DNA of 64,000 bases. It comes from Candidatus Sulfomarinibacteraceae bacterium (GTDB taxonomy: Bacteria > Acidobacteriota > Thermoanaerobaculia > Thermoanaerobaculales > Sulfomarinibacteraceae). Position 1 is the first letter of the stretch; each line of letters begins with the position of its first letter. Both the position numbers and the translations under genes were made by a program. The DNA lies in assembly GCA_963785275.1 (NCBI GenBank), contig CAWAUY010000049.1, forward strand, positions 133,116 to 197,115. The letters run 5' to 3'. The notes below the pieces were generated by a model. That model did no database searches, was not told the DNA's origin, and saw nothing but the letters and a program-made list of their open reading frames with translations. Below, one piece after another: positions 1 to 11,751 of this stretch.

Positions 1-3000
1 GCGCCGTGGGGCTCGCGCTGTAGACCAAAGAGATCGCAGCAAGGTGGCGCACAGGTTCCGAGTAGTCGGTGAGCGCCTTCTTGAGCCGTGGTTCGGCGGG
101 CTCGCCGATGCCGACAAGCATGACCGCGAAGTCTTCCATCCTGTAGGGGTGCAGACCACTGCCGGCTCGAGCCAGGATATCCTCAACCACCTCCTCGCCG
201 CCGAGCACCCCGGTGCAACGGATGGAATCGCCGTAGGCCTTGCGGAAACCCTGATCGAGACACGGCACGCCGGGGTCCAGGGGCGGCTCGTGTTGGCGCT
301 CCGCGTTGAGGGCGATGTCGAGGAAGAAAGGGAGACGTTCGGGAACACACGTCTCATCGGTCACCGTCGGCTTCTGCTGATAGGCCACTGCCGCGCCACG
401 GTGAAGACGAGAGCTCCGCTCCTCGACGAACGCCGCCATGTCCGCCCGGAACTGATCATTGAACCTCGCCCCGTCACTCTGCGGTGTGCGAATTGCCGCA
501 ATCCCAAGTACGATCAGGATCAGGGCCGCCGCTCCAGCGGCCACCTTGAGGCCGAGGTTGCGGGTGACACTCTCGAGGACGTGTTTGGCCGGCGCGACTT
601 TTTGCTCGCGCTGGCGCTGCTTGGCGAGCTGCTGCGTCTTCAGGCTTTCCTCAGATCGCGTTTCGCCCCGATTGCGCGCCAGGAGTTCGAGCTCCCGTTC
701 CACCCTCTTCGGCGCGATCCAACCGAAACCGCGCCATCCGAGATCCCTCAACAGCACCTGAACATCCGCCTCGGTCCAGGTCGGAACCGCCCCGGGTTGC
801 AGGCTCCGGTCCTGCCGCCGCAAAAAGACCTCGAGAAAAGGACGCACCCGATCGTCCCATTGCTCACCGTGTTCGGGCGGCTCCGGCTCCCAATCGAGAA
901 ACCACAGGCGAAGGCTCGAGTCGGACCCCACCGAAACCGCCGCCCCGCCCGACGCGTCGACCGCCAGGTCCGCCACCGAGCCCGCATGACCCTCAACGAT
1001 CGTCGCCAGAGTGCCGGTCCTCGCGTCCCACACCCGCAGGGTCGCATCCTTGCCCGCAGACAGGACGAACCGCGCATCGGGGGTGAAGGCGACGGACTGC
1101 ACCGCGCCGGCGTGTCCGATCAGCGTGCGCCGACACCGTCCGCTCTCGAGGTCCCACAGTCGCACGGACCCGTCTTCTCCACCCGAGGCGATGGTCCTGC
1201 AATCGGAGCTGATAGCCAGAGCGAGGACCGCACCGTCGTGACCCTCGAGACGCCTCAACTCGGCACTGCGAGGCAGGCTCCACATCGTGATGTGGCTGTC
1301 CCAGCCCCCACTGACGGCAAAACGACCATCCGCGCTCACCGCCACCGTGAGAACCGCTTCCTCGCTGCGCCCCAACAGCGCCGGCAACTCGCCGTCCTCG
1401 GCTGGCCACAACCGAAGCGTCCCATCTTCGCCGGCGGAAACAACCTCACCCTGTGGCGTCACAGCGACGCACGCAACGGTCCCCTGGTGCCCCTCAAGCA
1501 CCCTGAGCTGTCGCCCCTCTCGGGCGTTCCACAGACGAACCGTCCCGTCACGGCTCGCGGTGGCGACAGCCGTGCCATCGCCCGTTGGCGGCGATCGAGG
1601 TGATAGCCTGGCCGTGACCGATCATGGGCGGTCCCTGGGCACCCGACTCGCCGTCGAATCGGCACAGGGAACCGTCGACGGCGCCCGCGAGGATGACGCC
1701 GTCGCCAGCGTACCCACACGCCGTCAGGTTCGGCCCACCGCTGCCGAATCTCCGCACCTCAACCAGCGATCGCGGCGCCCCCTTGGGGAAGAAGGCGAGC
1801 ACCCTGTTCCACAGAACCAGTGCGTCACCGTGGTGTTCGTAGCCCTCGATCGTCCGGGCCTCGCGGACCTGAGTGATGACCTCGTCCATGCCACCCGACG
1901 CCATCGCCTTGCGGGCCGCCTCGAGGTGACTTCGGAAGCTCTGTTCCCGCGCCGCGAGGTCGCCGGAAGCGACCGTCTCGGACAACGCCAGCGGTAGCGC
2001 AACCGTTCTCACCTTCGGGATTGTCAGACAACTCACAGACGAACCGTGGGCGACCCAGAGCCGAGGCCCCGCCATCGGAACCAGATCCTGGACCGGGTTG
2101 GACACCCGGATCACCCGCTGAACAGAACCGTCCTCCAGGGCCCACAGTCGAACTGTTCCGTCTTCGCTCCCTGCGGCGACGGAACCATCGACGAAGGCCA
2201 CCGCGGTCACCGCCGCACGGGGACCGCGCAGCCAGCGCAGATTCGCGCCACTCGCCAGATCCCACATTCCGATCGAGCCGTCTTGTCCGCCCGAAACCGC
2301 GATGGAGCCATCGTTTGTCGCGGCCACGGCTCTCACCGGTCCCGAGTGACCCTCGAAGACGGTCACGCATCGACCCTGTTTCAGGTCCCACACCCTCGAG
2401 GTACCATCGGCCCCACCGGTGACGATGCGATTCGTGCTCGCGACCCAGGAGAGGGCGCTGACAAAAGCCTCATGACCCTGGAGCGACTGCACGCACTCGC
2501 CGGATTCGAGGTTCCACAGCCGCAGGCAGCGGTCCGAACCACCGGTGGCCACGGTCCGTCCATCCGGTGAGACCGCGACACAGATCGCGACCCCCGGGTG
2601 AGGCCTCAGATTGCGGAGCCGTTCGCCCGACCCGGCGTCGAAAAGGGTCAAAGGCCCGTTTTCGAGACATGCAACCAGCACCCGTCCACCCTGGGGCGTC
2701 GCCATCGAACGGCCCGGTCGTGCCGGTCCTCCAAGCTCTATCCTGCGTCCCGGTCGATGGTCACCGCGACGGAGAACGACCGCCACCGCTTCAGCGGTCC
2801 TCGCCGCCACCTCGCCGCCCTCGAGGGTCGTGAGACTCTGGACCACCGCCGGAAGCTGGATCGTCTGCTCGAGACACAGGCTGGGGACGAACACCGCCGC
2901 CGCTTCGGCGAGTGATTCCGGGAGCCCGGCGTCGAGTCGCCGTGCGCCGGTAAAGATCTCACTTGCAGCCTTGCCGTCTCCGGAGAGTTCGAAGGCGCCG

Positions 3001-4867
3001 AGCCAGTCGCAACCACCGCGGTGACGTCGGATGGGCTCTCTTCCAACCACCGCCTGCAAGCAGCATCGCGCCTCGGACAACCCGTCCCGCCTCTCGTTCG
3101 CTCGCGCGCTTGCGAGAAAAGCCGATCCCAACTCACGCCGGATCGCCGATGAAGATTGACCCGAGGCGACAACACCGCGCAGCATCTTCGACAGCGCCCG
3201 GGCCATCATCCACCAGCAGCCGCCAGCGCGCCTTCAAGAAACCTGCGCTGCCTGGTTCTCCGCTCCGCCTCGCCCAAGCGACGCTCGAACTCTGCGTCGG
3301 TGAGTCCCTCGAATCGCCATTCGAGCAACCCGCTGTTGTAGGTCGCCTCGAGATGGCCGGGCTCGCCGGCAAGAGCCTCGTTGAAGCTGGCGGCCGCGCG
3401 TTCCTTGAGATCGAGGGTCACATACGACACGCCCCGGTTGTTCAGCGAGTCCGCCATCAGCTGGGTGCGCTCGGGCTTGGGCCTCGGATACGGCGTCCCA
3501 GTGACCTCTTCGTAAATTTCGGTCAGCCAACCGCAAATGAGGGCGAACGACTGGGGCCGCCGACTGATGTCTTTGGCGACGCACGAACGCATCAGCGCCG
3601 CAGAGTCTGGGGTGCAGTCCCTCGGCGAAAAGGCCCGGATCGGGCGGCTCGTCCCGCAGGTGCATCCGCATCCAGCCCCCGAGGTGCGCCTCGCGGGTCT
3701 GGGTCGCGGGATCGGCCTTCATCACGAAGGGTCTTCGTCCACAGACGATTTCGTACAGCATGCACCCGAAAGCGTAGACGTCGGTGGCGACCGTGCCCCG
3801 CAGAGTCCTGCCGCCACAGCTCGGGCGCCATGTAGGGTGGCGTCCCGACCAGACCGCCATCCGGCGGTGACTGTTTGCCACGAGTGGCTCGAGACCGCGT
3901 CGTCTCGCCGGCGCCCGGCGTGGCGCCTTTTCATTTCGGGCTCAATGCTGCCCCCGCCGGGCGGTGGGTCGTCGCGGCCTTCGGCGCGAACCAGACCGAA
4001 ATCGGTCAGACGGGCCACGCCATCGGACGTGAGCAGGACGTTTGCGGGTTTGATGTCGCGATGGATCACGCCCCTGTGTTCGACTCCGTCATCGTCCTGC
4101 CAGACAAAGCTGTGGGTGTATTCCAGCCCGCTGGCGATCTGGATCGCGAGATCGAGCCGCTGTTCGATCCTCGGTCGTTCTTCGCGTTTGAGCCATTGGC
4201 TGAAGATCCCCGCCATCGACATACTCCATGAAGAGCCGCGGCATCCCCCCGATTTCCTGCAGGTAGTACGCGGAACAGATATTGGGGTGAATGCCGAGCG
4301 CAATCCACGACTCCGCCTCGCGCTGAAATCGAGTCCGGCCGTCAGCGAGTGGCCAGTATCGACGGCAGCGGGGTCTTGACGGCCACCATTCGCAAAAGTT
4401 CGCGGTCAAAGGCAATCGCCACCACCGCCATGCCACCCCGTTCCACCGATCTCACGTCGTATCGGCCGTCGATCACACTGCCTTCGAACCAGCCGCGCAC
4501 AGTATCGGGTGCAGAACCAGTGGCGTAGCTCGACGGTTCAGCGGTTTCGGTTGGACCGGCGGTTGACGGCCTCGGGCTCGGACGGCGTCGGCGGTGGAGA
4601 ATCGGGCAGGAACTCGGTCACCACCCTTTCACGCCATTTTCTGGCCTTTTCCAGATCGGGGTCGAGTTCGAGGCACCGGTCAAAGGCCGCCACAGCCTCG
4701 TGGTACCTCCCCAATCGAACCAAACAGTAGCCGCGGTTGAGCCACGAACGGAGGTCCTCCGGGAAGCGCCCACACCACTCTTCGAGCAACGGCAGGGCAT
4801 CGCCCCAGTTCTCGGCGCGGAGGGCGTCGACGATCGCGTGCCTCAGGACTTCGAGGAACTCATCCAT
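1..4867 (-). CDS. Large TPR + Ser/Thr protein kinase + WD40-repeat membrane protein (frameshifted; runs off the left edge)
   Basis: ATG at 4867 after GGAGGG. N-terminal TPR ([30 protein letters not shown]). Hanks kinase motifs in successive frames: [34 protein letters not shown]. Second TPR near 3400-3460. Many WD40 repeats (GH...V..VA.S.DG..ATGG.D..RLWN) from 2700 to 900. My translation of the minus frame below 1600 gives more WD40, a hydrophobic helix ([21 protein letters not shown]) and no stop before position 1. Confidence 0.85.
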
Positions 4868-4923
4868 CACCCCTCCAGAATACCCCGACGGACCTGTTAC
4901 CCTGCGCCGCATCGGGAGGTCGG

Positions 4924-7147
4924 ATGCGCATCAGCCATCGACGCCGCAGGCACCGGGTCGCCGGCCGAGGTGGGGCTTGCCCGAAGCCCGGAGGGCGTCG
5001 CCAGGATCTGGGCGGAAGATGACCCCGGTCTCGCCCGTGGGCTCGGTCTGGTGCACGCCCACGATCGACTGGTCCAGATGATGTTGGTCCGGCTGATCGG
5101 ACAGGGGCGCCTCAGCGAGTGTCTCAAGAGCAGTTCCGAAACCGTCGCCATCGACATCTTCATGCGTGAGATGGGCTTCGGACGCGAACGCACGCGTGGA
5201 AGCCGAAGCGCTCTCCGACTGAGGCTCGCGCGCTGATCGAGGCCTACGCCGAAGGCGTCAACCACGTTCTCGAACATCAGCGCCGGCCCCTCGAACTCGC
5301 TCTCGTCCGCTACAGGCCCGAACCCTGGACGCCGCCGACACCGTGATCACCATCAAGCTCATGTCCTATATCGGGCTGGCTCAGTCGCAACAGGACATGG
5401 AGCACTTTCTCATCCAGTCCCTCCGTGCGGGGTGTCTCGCTCGAGAAGCTCAAGGTTCTGTGCTCACCCCATCTCGACGGTCTCGACGACGCGACCGTCG
5501 AACTGATCCGTCAAGCTGCGCTGCAACCGCCCGCTGGTGAGCCGAGTCGGTTCGATTTCTGGCTGCAGTGCCGACTGTGATGGCGAGCAATAACTGGGCG
5601 GTGGCCGGAGCGCGCACCGCGAGCGGCGCCCCACTGCAGTGCAACGACCCCCATCTCGAGTGCAACCGGCTGCCGGCGATCTGGTACGAGTCGATCATGC
5701 ACACCGCGGACGACTACCGGATCGGGCGCCACAATGCCCGGTGTTCCGGGGCTGGTCATGGGCCGCACCCGCAACCTCAGTTTCGGCTTCACCTACGGTT
5801 TCATGGATATGGTGGACTACTTCATCGAGGAGTGTCGCGGACGGGGCCTGCCGCCGCCAGGACGGGTTTCGTCCCCTCGAGGTCCGCACCGAGGTCATCC
5901 TTCGCAAGGGAGGCGATCCGCTTGAAATCACCGTCCGCGAAAACGAGATCGGCGTCCTGGAGGCGCCGTCTGACGCAGCCGAATTGGCCGATGGTCTCTA
6001 TCTGACGCGGGCGTGGTCCGCCGACTCAACCGGCGCCGCTGCCTCGCTCGACGCCCTTGGAAGGCTCACACGGGCGAAGACGGTGCCCGAGGCGCAGAAA
6101 GCGGTTCGCGAGGTCGCCATCTCGGCGAACTGGGTGCTCGCGGATCGACAGGGCAACATTGGATACCAGCAGTCGGGGCTGCTCCCCGAACGACGCCACT
6201 CCGGTCTCCACCCCGTGCCGGCATGGAACAAAGAGATGCTCTGGCGCGGTACGGTCCCCGCCGATCGTCTTTTTTCAATTCTCAACCCGTCCGACGGTTT
6301 TCTGGCGACCGCCAACAACGATCTGAACCCGCCCGGCGGCCCGCTCGCTGTCAACCTCCCCATGGGCAGCTACCGGGTCGACCGAATTCGAGAGCTTCTC
6401 GCCGCATGTGAGGCCTGCACTCTGGATGACATGGCGCGGATCCAGAATGATCTCTACTCGCTGCAGGCCGAACGCTACATGGAGCTCCTGCGGCCTCTCC
6501 TGCCCGAGACCTTCGGCGGCCGGATGCTCGGCGGCTGGGATTGCCGCTACGACACCGCCTCCCGCGGTGCGACCCTGTTCGAGACCGTCTATCACGCGCT
6601 GCTGATGGAGGTCTTCGGGCGCGGGCTGTTCGGCGAGGCGGTTTGGCAGCACCTGAACACCGAGACAGCGATCTTTGCCGACTACTACCACCTCTTCGAC
6701 GACGCGATATTCGGCGGCGATGCGATCTGGTTTGGGGACGAGGGGCGAGAGGTGCTGATCCGCCGGGTGCTCGCCGAAAACCTGACCGAGGTCGACCTCG
6801 CATCCATCACCCCGTGGGGAATGCGCCAGCGGATCATCATGCGCAACATCTTCTTCGACGGTTCACTGCCCACCATCCTCGGTTTCGACCACGGACCGGT
6901 CGAGCTGCCCGGCAACCGGGCCACCGTGGTCCAGGGTGGAGTCTTCAACTCCCACGACCGCCAGACCACATTCACACCGTCGTGGCGGTTCCTCACCGAT
7001 CTCGGCGAGGACCTCGCCCGCACCGCCCTCGCCGGGGGCCCGTCCGGCCGCCGCTTTTCCCGGTGGTACACCACGGACATTCACGAGATGGCTCGACCGG
7101 AAGTACAAAACGCTGGCGCCCGGACAAGAGAAGTTATTAGATCTTGA
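4924..7147 (+). CDS. Penicillin acylase family (Ntn-hydrolase) protein, frameshifted
   Basis: GGGAGG then ATG at 4924. Alpha-chain motif GLVHAHDRLVQM, beta-chain start SNNWAVAGARTASGAPLQCNDPHL, NWVLADRQGNIGYQ, NPSDGFLATANN. Pieces lie in different frames and the 3' end is approximate. Confidence 0.85.
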
Positions 7148-7165
7148 ATTTTCAGTTTTGAGTTC
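7145..7165 (+). repeat. Degenerate heptamer array (TGAATTT-like) at the end of the acylase gene
   Basis: tgaattt tcagttt tgagttc. Confidence 0.5.
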
Positions 7166-7300
7166 CGGCTTCAATCCGCCTGCTCCATCGAGTACTTCGC
7201 GAAGGCGATACTGCCTCGATCTGCCGTGACATACCGAACGCCTCGTGGATCTCAACCGTGAACATCTGGCTTGGAAGAATCCGTGGATGGATCTGATCGC

Positions 7301-7333
7301 AATTCAAAATTCAAAATTAAGAATTCAAAATTA
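7301..7333 (-). repeat. Heptamer tandem array (AATTCAA)n just after the dnaE stop
   Basis: aattcaa aattcaa aattaag aattcaa aatt. Confidence 0.8.
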
Positions 7334-7336
7334 CTT

Positions 7337-10300
7337 CTAGTTCACCACCTCCGCAGGGTCGCCTTCGGCGACGGGCGGAGGCGGCACTGACGCCGCCTTT
7401 CCGTTGCGGCTCCTGGTGTCAAACTCGTACTCGCACCACCCCGAGCCGAGCAGCTTTTTGAGACCCTCTCGGGCCGCCGTGCCGGGCTCGACCGTCAGCG
7501 CGGGGGGCGGCACCAGGCGGGCGCGAAAGTGGCCCCTCCGCCGCAGCTCGAAGCGAACCGGCATGTCGCCGGGATGTTCGAGAAGATACTCGCGAATCGC
7601 GTCGAGGCGATCCTCGTCCATCTGGTCGAGATCGAGCACGACTCGCAGGGCCGCCGCTCGTTTCGAGTCGATGCCCTCCAGCGAGACGATCTCCTCGGCC
7701 ATCAGCTCGACGTGGTCGCCCTCCCCCTTGAGGCTCGCGACCACCATGACCGCGGCGCCGTCCTCCAACAACCGTTCATGCGCCTCGAAAACATCGGGAA
7801 ACGCGACCACCCGAACCGCGCCATCCGCCTCTTCGAGCCGGAAGATTGCCAGATCGGCGCCCGTGGTTGCGGCCCTCTTTCTTGATGGACATCACTTTGA
7901 GCCCGCTCACCAGACCGCCGACCGTGGCGTGTTCCGTCCCGGTCGCGAAGCGTTCGCCAAGCTGCGCCACCGTGCTATCGGCGTAACGCCCGAGCTGTTC
8001 GCGGTAGGCGTTGAGGGGGTGTCCTGTGAGATAGAAACCCAAGACCTCGCGCTCCCACGACAGACGATCGGCCTCGTCCGCCCTCTCGACCTTCCGAAGC
8101 TCCTCCTCGAGGCTCTCAGACGGCATATCGTCAAACAGAAAGCCCTGGCCGAGCTCGCTCTGCTCGCGCTCGCGACTGGTCATTTCGAGGAGCTGTTCCA
8201 GGTTGTCGAGAATGCCCTTTCTCGGCAGACCGAAGATGTCGAAGCACCCGGCCTTCGCCAGACACTCCAGGGCCTTTTGGTTGAGGGACCTTGCAGGGAG
8301 AGATCGCAGACAGCTCGAAAGAGACGAAAAGTCTCCTCACCTGCCTCGCGAACCGCGAGCAGGGGCTCGACCGCCGCAAGTCCGACGCCCTTGATCGCTG
8401 CCAGTCCGAAACGGATGCCGCCCGCCTCAACCGTGAAGAACGGCATCGAGGCGTTGATGGCCGGCGGCAGGATCTCGATCCCCATCTGCCGGCTCCGCAC
8501 CAGATACTGGCTCAGCTTGTCGGTGTTGCTGACCTCCGAGGTCAGCATGGCCGCCATGAAATGGGCCGGATAGTGGGCTTTGAGATAGGCCGTGATGTAG
8601 GCGACGTGGGCGTAGGCCACCGAGTGCGACTTGTTGAAGCCGTATTTGGCAAACGGCACGATCTGGTTCCACAGCTGCCGCGCCTTGTCCTTGGGGTGCC
8701 CTTGGCCGCCGCGCCCGGAGATGAAGTTCTCGCCCTCGCGGTCGATGATCTCCTGCTTCTTTTTGCCCATCGCCTTGCGCAAGGTGTCGGCCTTGGCCAG
8801 AGAAAAGCCGGCGATCTCCACTGCGATGCGCATCACCTGTTCCTGGTAGACGATGATGCCGTAGGTCTCGCCAAGGATTTCCTCGAGCTCGGGGAAGATA
8901 TAGGTAATGGACTTGCGGCCGTGCTTGCGCTCCGCGTAGTCGTCGATGAACTGCATGGGACCGGGACGGTACAGGGCGTTGAGCGCCGCGATGTCGAGGA
9001 AACTCTGCGGCTGCACCCTGCGCAGAACATCTTTCATCCCAGATGACTCGAACTGGAAGATGCCGTCGGTGTCGCCCGCCGAAAACAGTGCATAGACGGC
9101 CTCGTCGTCGAACGGCACCTCGTCGAGGTCGAGATCGGCGTTCTCCGAAGCACGAATCGACTTCACCGCGTCGTCGATCACGGTCAGGGTGCGCAGACCC
9201 AGGAAGTCCATCTTCAACAGCCCCAGGGTCTCGACATCATCCTTGTCGAACTGGGTGCTGACCTCGCCGTGGGAGGTTCGGATCAGCGGCATGAGGTTGA
9301 CCAGCGGCTCCGGGTGCGATCACCACGCCGGCCGCGTGGACGCCGCAGTGGCGGGCGAGGCCCTCTAGCCGCGACGCCGTCTCCACCAGCAACCCGACGT
9401 CGTCGTCGGCCTCGACCAGCTCTCGCAGCTGCGGTGTGTCTTTGAGGGCCTGCTCGATCGTGATGTTGAGCTCATCAGGGATCAGCTTGGCGATCCGATC
9501 GACGTCGCCGAACGGCATGCCCATGACCCGACCCACATCGCGCACCGCGCTCTTCGCTTTGAGGATGTTGAAGGTGGCGATCTGTGAAACCGACTCCTCA
9601 CCATAAAGCTGCCGCACATAATCGATGACTTCGTCCCGCCGGCGCTGACAGAAATCGATGTCGATATCCGGCATCGAGATCCGATCCGGGTTGAGGAAGC
9701 GCTCGAAAAGAAGATCGAACTCAAGCGGATCAATATCCGTAATACCCAGGGCATACGAAACCAGCGAACCCGCGGCCGAGCCACGGCCCGGGCCCACCGG
9801 AATTCCCATCTCCTTGGCGTGGCGAATGAAATCCCATACCACCAGGAAATAGCCCGGAAAACCCATCTTTCTGATGATGTCGAGCTCTTCTTCCAGCCGA
9901 GCTGCATACGCCTCGTCCGACCGTCGTCGTCTTGTCGATTTATCCGAGCCGACGTTTGAGACCAATCTCGCGCTTTCTCGGCAGAGAAAAGCCTCGAGAT
10001 TCGAACCGTCCGGTACCGGATATCTTCGGGAGGTGGAGGGTGTCGGTATCGAAACGGACGTGGCACCGTGAGGCGATCTCGACTGTGCGTTCGCACGCGC
10101 CGGGATAGTCGGAAAACAGCTCGTACATTTCGGCCGGAGATTTGACGTAGAACTCGGCGTTGTAGGCGTAGCCACGCTGGAGGTCCTCGAGTTCGCGATT
10201 GAGCCCGATGCCGATCAGGACCTTGTGGGCGAATGTGTCTTCTCGGCGGTGGAAATGGCAATCGTTGGTCGCCACGATGTCGATCCCGGTCGTCCTGCGA

Positions 10301-10903
10301 CAGCTCGACCATGCCCTCACGAACGAACTCCTCGTCGGCAAGACCGTGGTCCTGAATCTCGAGAAAGAAGTTGTCAGGTCCCGAGGATCTCGCGGTAGCC
10401 CTCGGCGCACGCGAGGGCCCCATCGGTATCGCGATTGAGCAGCAGGCGCGACACCTCTCCCGACAAACAGGCCGACAGGCCGATCAGGCCTTCGCTGTGC
10501 TCGGCGAGGAGCTCTTTCGAGATCCTCGGTTTGTGGTAGAAGCCCTCGAGGTATCCCTCGCTGACCAGCCGGACCAGGTTCTCGTAGCCACGGTCATTCT
10601 CGGCCAGCAGTACGAGGTGATCGTAGGGTCTGCGTCGTCCCGGGACCGGCGACCGCTCGCGATGGTCCCCGGGGCAACGTAGACCTCACAGCCGATGACC
10701 GGGCGGATTCCTGCCTTCAGCGCCGCCCGGTGGAACTGGAAGGCGCCGAAGATGTTGCCGTGATCAGTGATGGCGACCGCCGGCATCCCCAGAGCGGAAA
10801 CCTGCTGTGCGAGGTCCGGAATCCGGATCGCCGCATCGAGCAGCGAGTAGTGCGAGTGGAGGTGAAGGTGGACGAATTGCGGTTCATCGGCAGGCCGGCT
10901 CAT
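7337..10903 (-). CDS. dnaE: DNA polymerase III alpha subunit (frameshifted in this assembly)
   Basis: PHP motif FVHLHLHSHYSLLD and AITDHGN, VATNDCH, GPGRGSAAGSLV, PDIDIDF, GLLKMDFLGLRTLT, YGFNKSH, C-terminal OB fold. Spread over at least 6 ORF pieces, total about 1190 codons. Confidence 0.97.
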
Positions 10904-11129
10904 GGCGCCATGATACCGCGGCCGGGAGAGGTTTCAGCCGACCGGGTTCCGGTCCGTCCTGGCGACGGCTTCGATCCTGAAAATTCAAAATTTCTGACCA
11001 AAATATTCGAGGCTCAGAAAACCAAAAAAGATCAAATCAATGTCATATGTCTTCTATTCGATCAAATTCGAGGAAAAAATACAGTCAAACTCAAGAACTA
11101 AATTCTCTTGAAGAATTTTCACTCATTTC

Positions 11130-11158
11130 TTGACAAAAAAAATTACTTGGTTCATTCT
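11130..11158 (+). promoter_or_regulatory. sigma70-type promoter for the TPR gene
   Basis: TTGACA (11130-11135), 17 bp spacer, CATTCT (11153-11158), within an A-tract-rich region. Confidence 0.5.
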
Positions 11159-11168
11159 GGAAATCAAT

Positions 11169-11507
11169 ATGGGAAATGGACTCGGGCTCTTTCGACGCCA
11201 ATCACGAACACATCATCGCGGAGATGATTCACATATTCGCGTCTATCGAGCGCACGCTGCCCGGGCGATGTCCGAAGAACGATGGGAGGTCGCAGAGATC
11301 TTCCTTGATCGAATTCTCAGCGTAGATCCGCGCCATACCGAGGCCTGGTTGATGAAGGGTCATCTGCGACAACACTGTCGGGAAGATGAACATTCCGCAG
11401 TCTATTGCTACAAAAAAGTGATCAGCCTTTGCGGGGCGGATTCTCCACATCCGCACGCAGAAAGAGCGAAGGCTTCGCTCGGACGTTTGCTAGCCGTTTG
11501 GAGCTGA
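11169..11507 (+). CDS. Small tetratricopeptide-repeat protein
   Basis: WEVAEIFLDRILSVDPRHTEAWLMKG...SAVYCYKKVISL fits TPR helix pattern. ATG 11169 chosen over TTG 11130, which is the -35 box. Confidence 0.65.
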   Translation: MGNGLGLFRRQSRTHHRGDDSHIRVYRAHAARAMSEERWEVAEIFLDRILSVDPRHTEAWLMKGHLRQHCREDEHSAVYCYKKVISLCGADSPHPHAERAKASLGRLLAVWS

Positions 11508-11571
11508 AACTCAGGGCAAATCCTGGCTGCGTTGAATTCATCCAACCAACATGGCTTTCCTGGCACCCTCG

Positions 11572-11666
11572 CCGCGAGGTGCCACCCGTCGCATTGTGTG
11601 GCCCTGAAGACATTCATTTACCGCGGCCCTCGAGCTCACACAATGCGAAAGATGGCACCTCCGCCG
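11572..11666 (-). repeat. Dispersed hairpin element, type 1, copy A
   Basis: Minus strand CGGCGGAGGTGCCATCTTTCGCATTGTGTG-(36 nt)-CACACAATGCGACGGGTGGCACCTC, a long inverted repeat similar to copies at 13996, 49535 and 55734. Confidence 0.75.
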
Positions 11667-11698
11667 GGGCATCCCTCTCGCACTCAGTGAATGAGACA

Positions 11699-11722
11699 TT
11701 CCTAATTCCTAATTCCTAATTC
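11699..11722 (+). repeat. Heptamer array (TTCCTAA)x3
   Basis: ttcctaa ttcctaa ttcctaa ttc, directly upstream of the polyprenyl synthase promoter. Confidence 0.8.
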
Positions 11723-11751
11723 CGAGTTCGTTGCCGTGCTATCCTCCGCGG

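Noticed and set aside
44-1603. 519-aa plus-strand ORF and many similar long ORFs (e.g. 14344-15858 +, 32976-35189 -, 61306-62739 -, 62534-63859 -)
   Set aside because: Antisense shadows of real GC-rich genes, with no motifs of their own.
7166-7300. Small gene or remnant between the inverted heptamer arrays
   Set aside because: No credible ORF with a start and recognisable motif could be read.
7337-10903. Split or intein-containing dnaE, or programmed frameshifting
   Set aside because: Total length is normal for DnaE, no intein motifs are visible, and the breaks resemble random indels shared with neighbouring genes.
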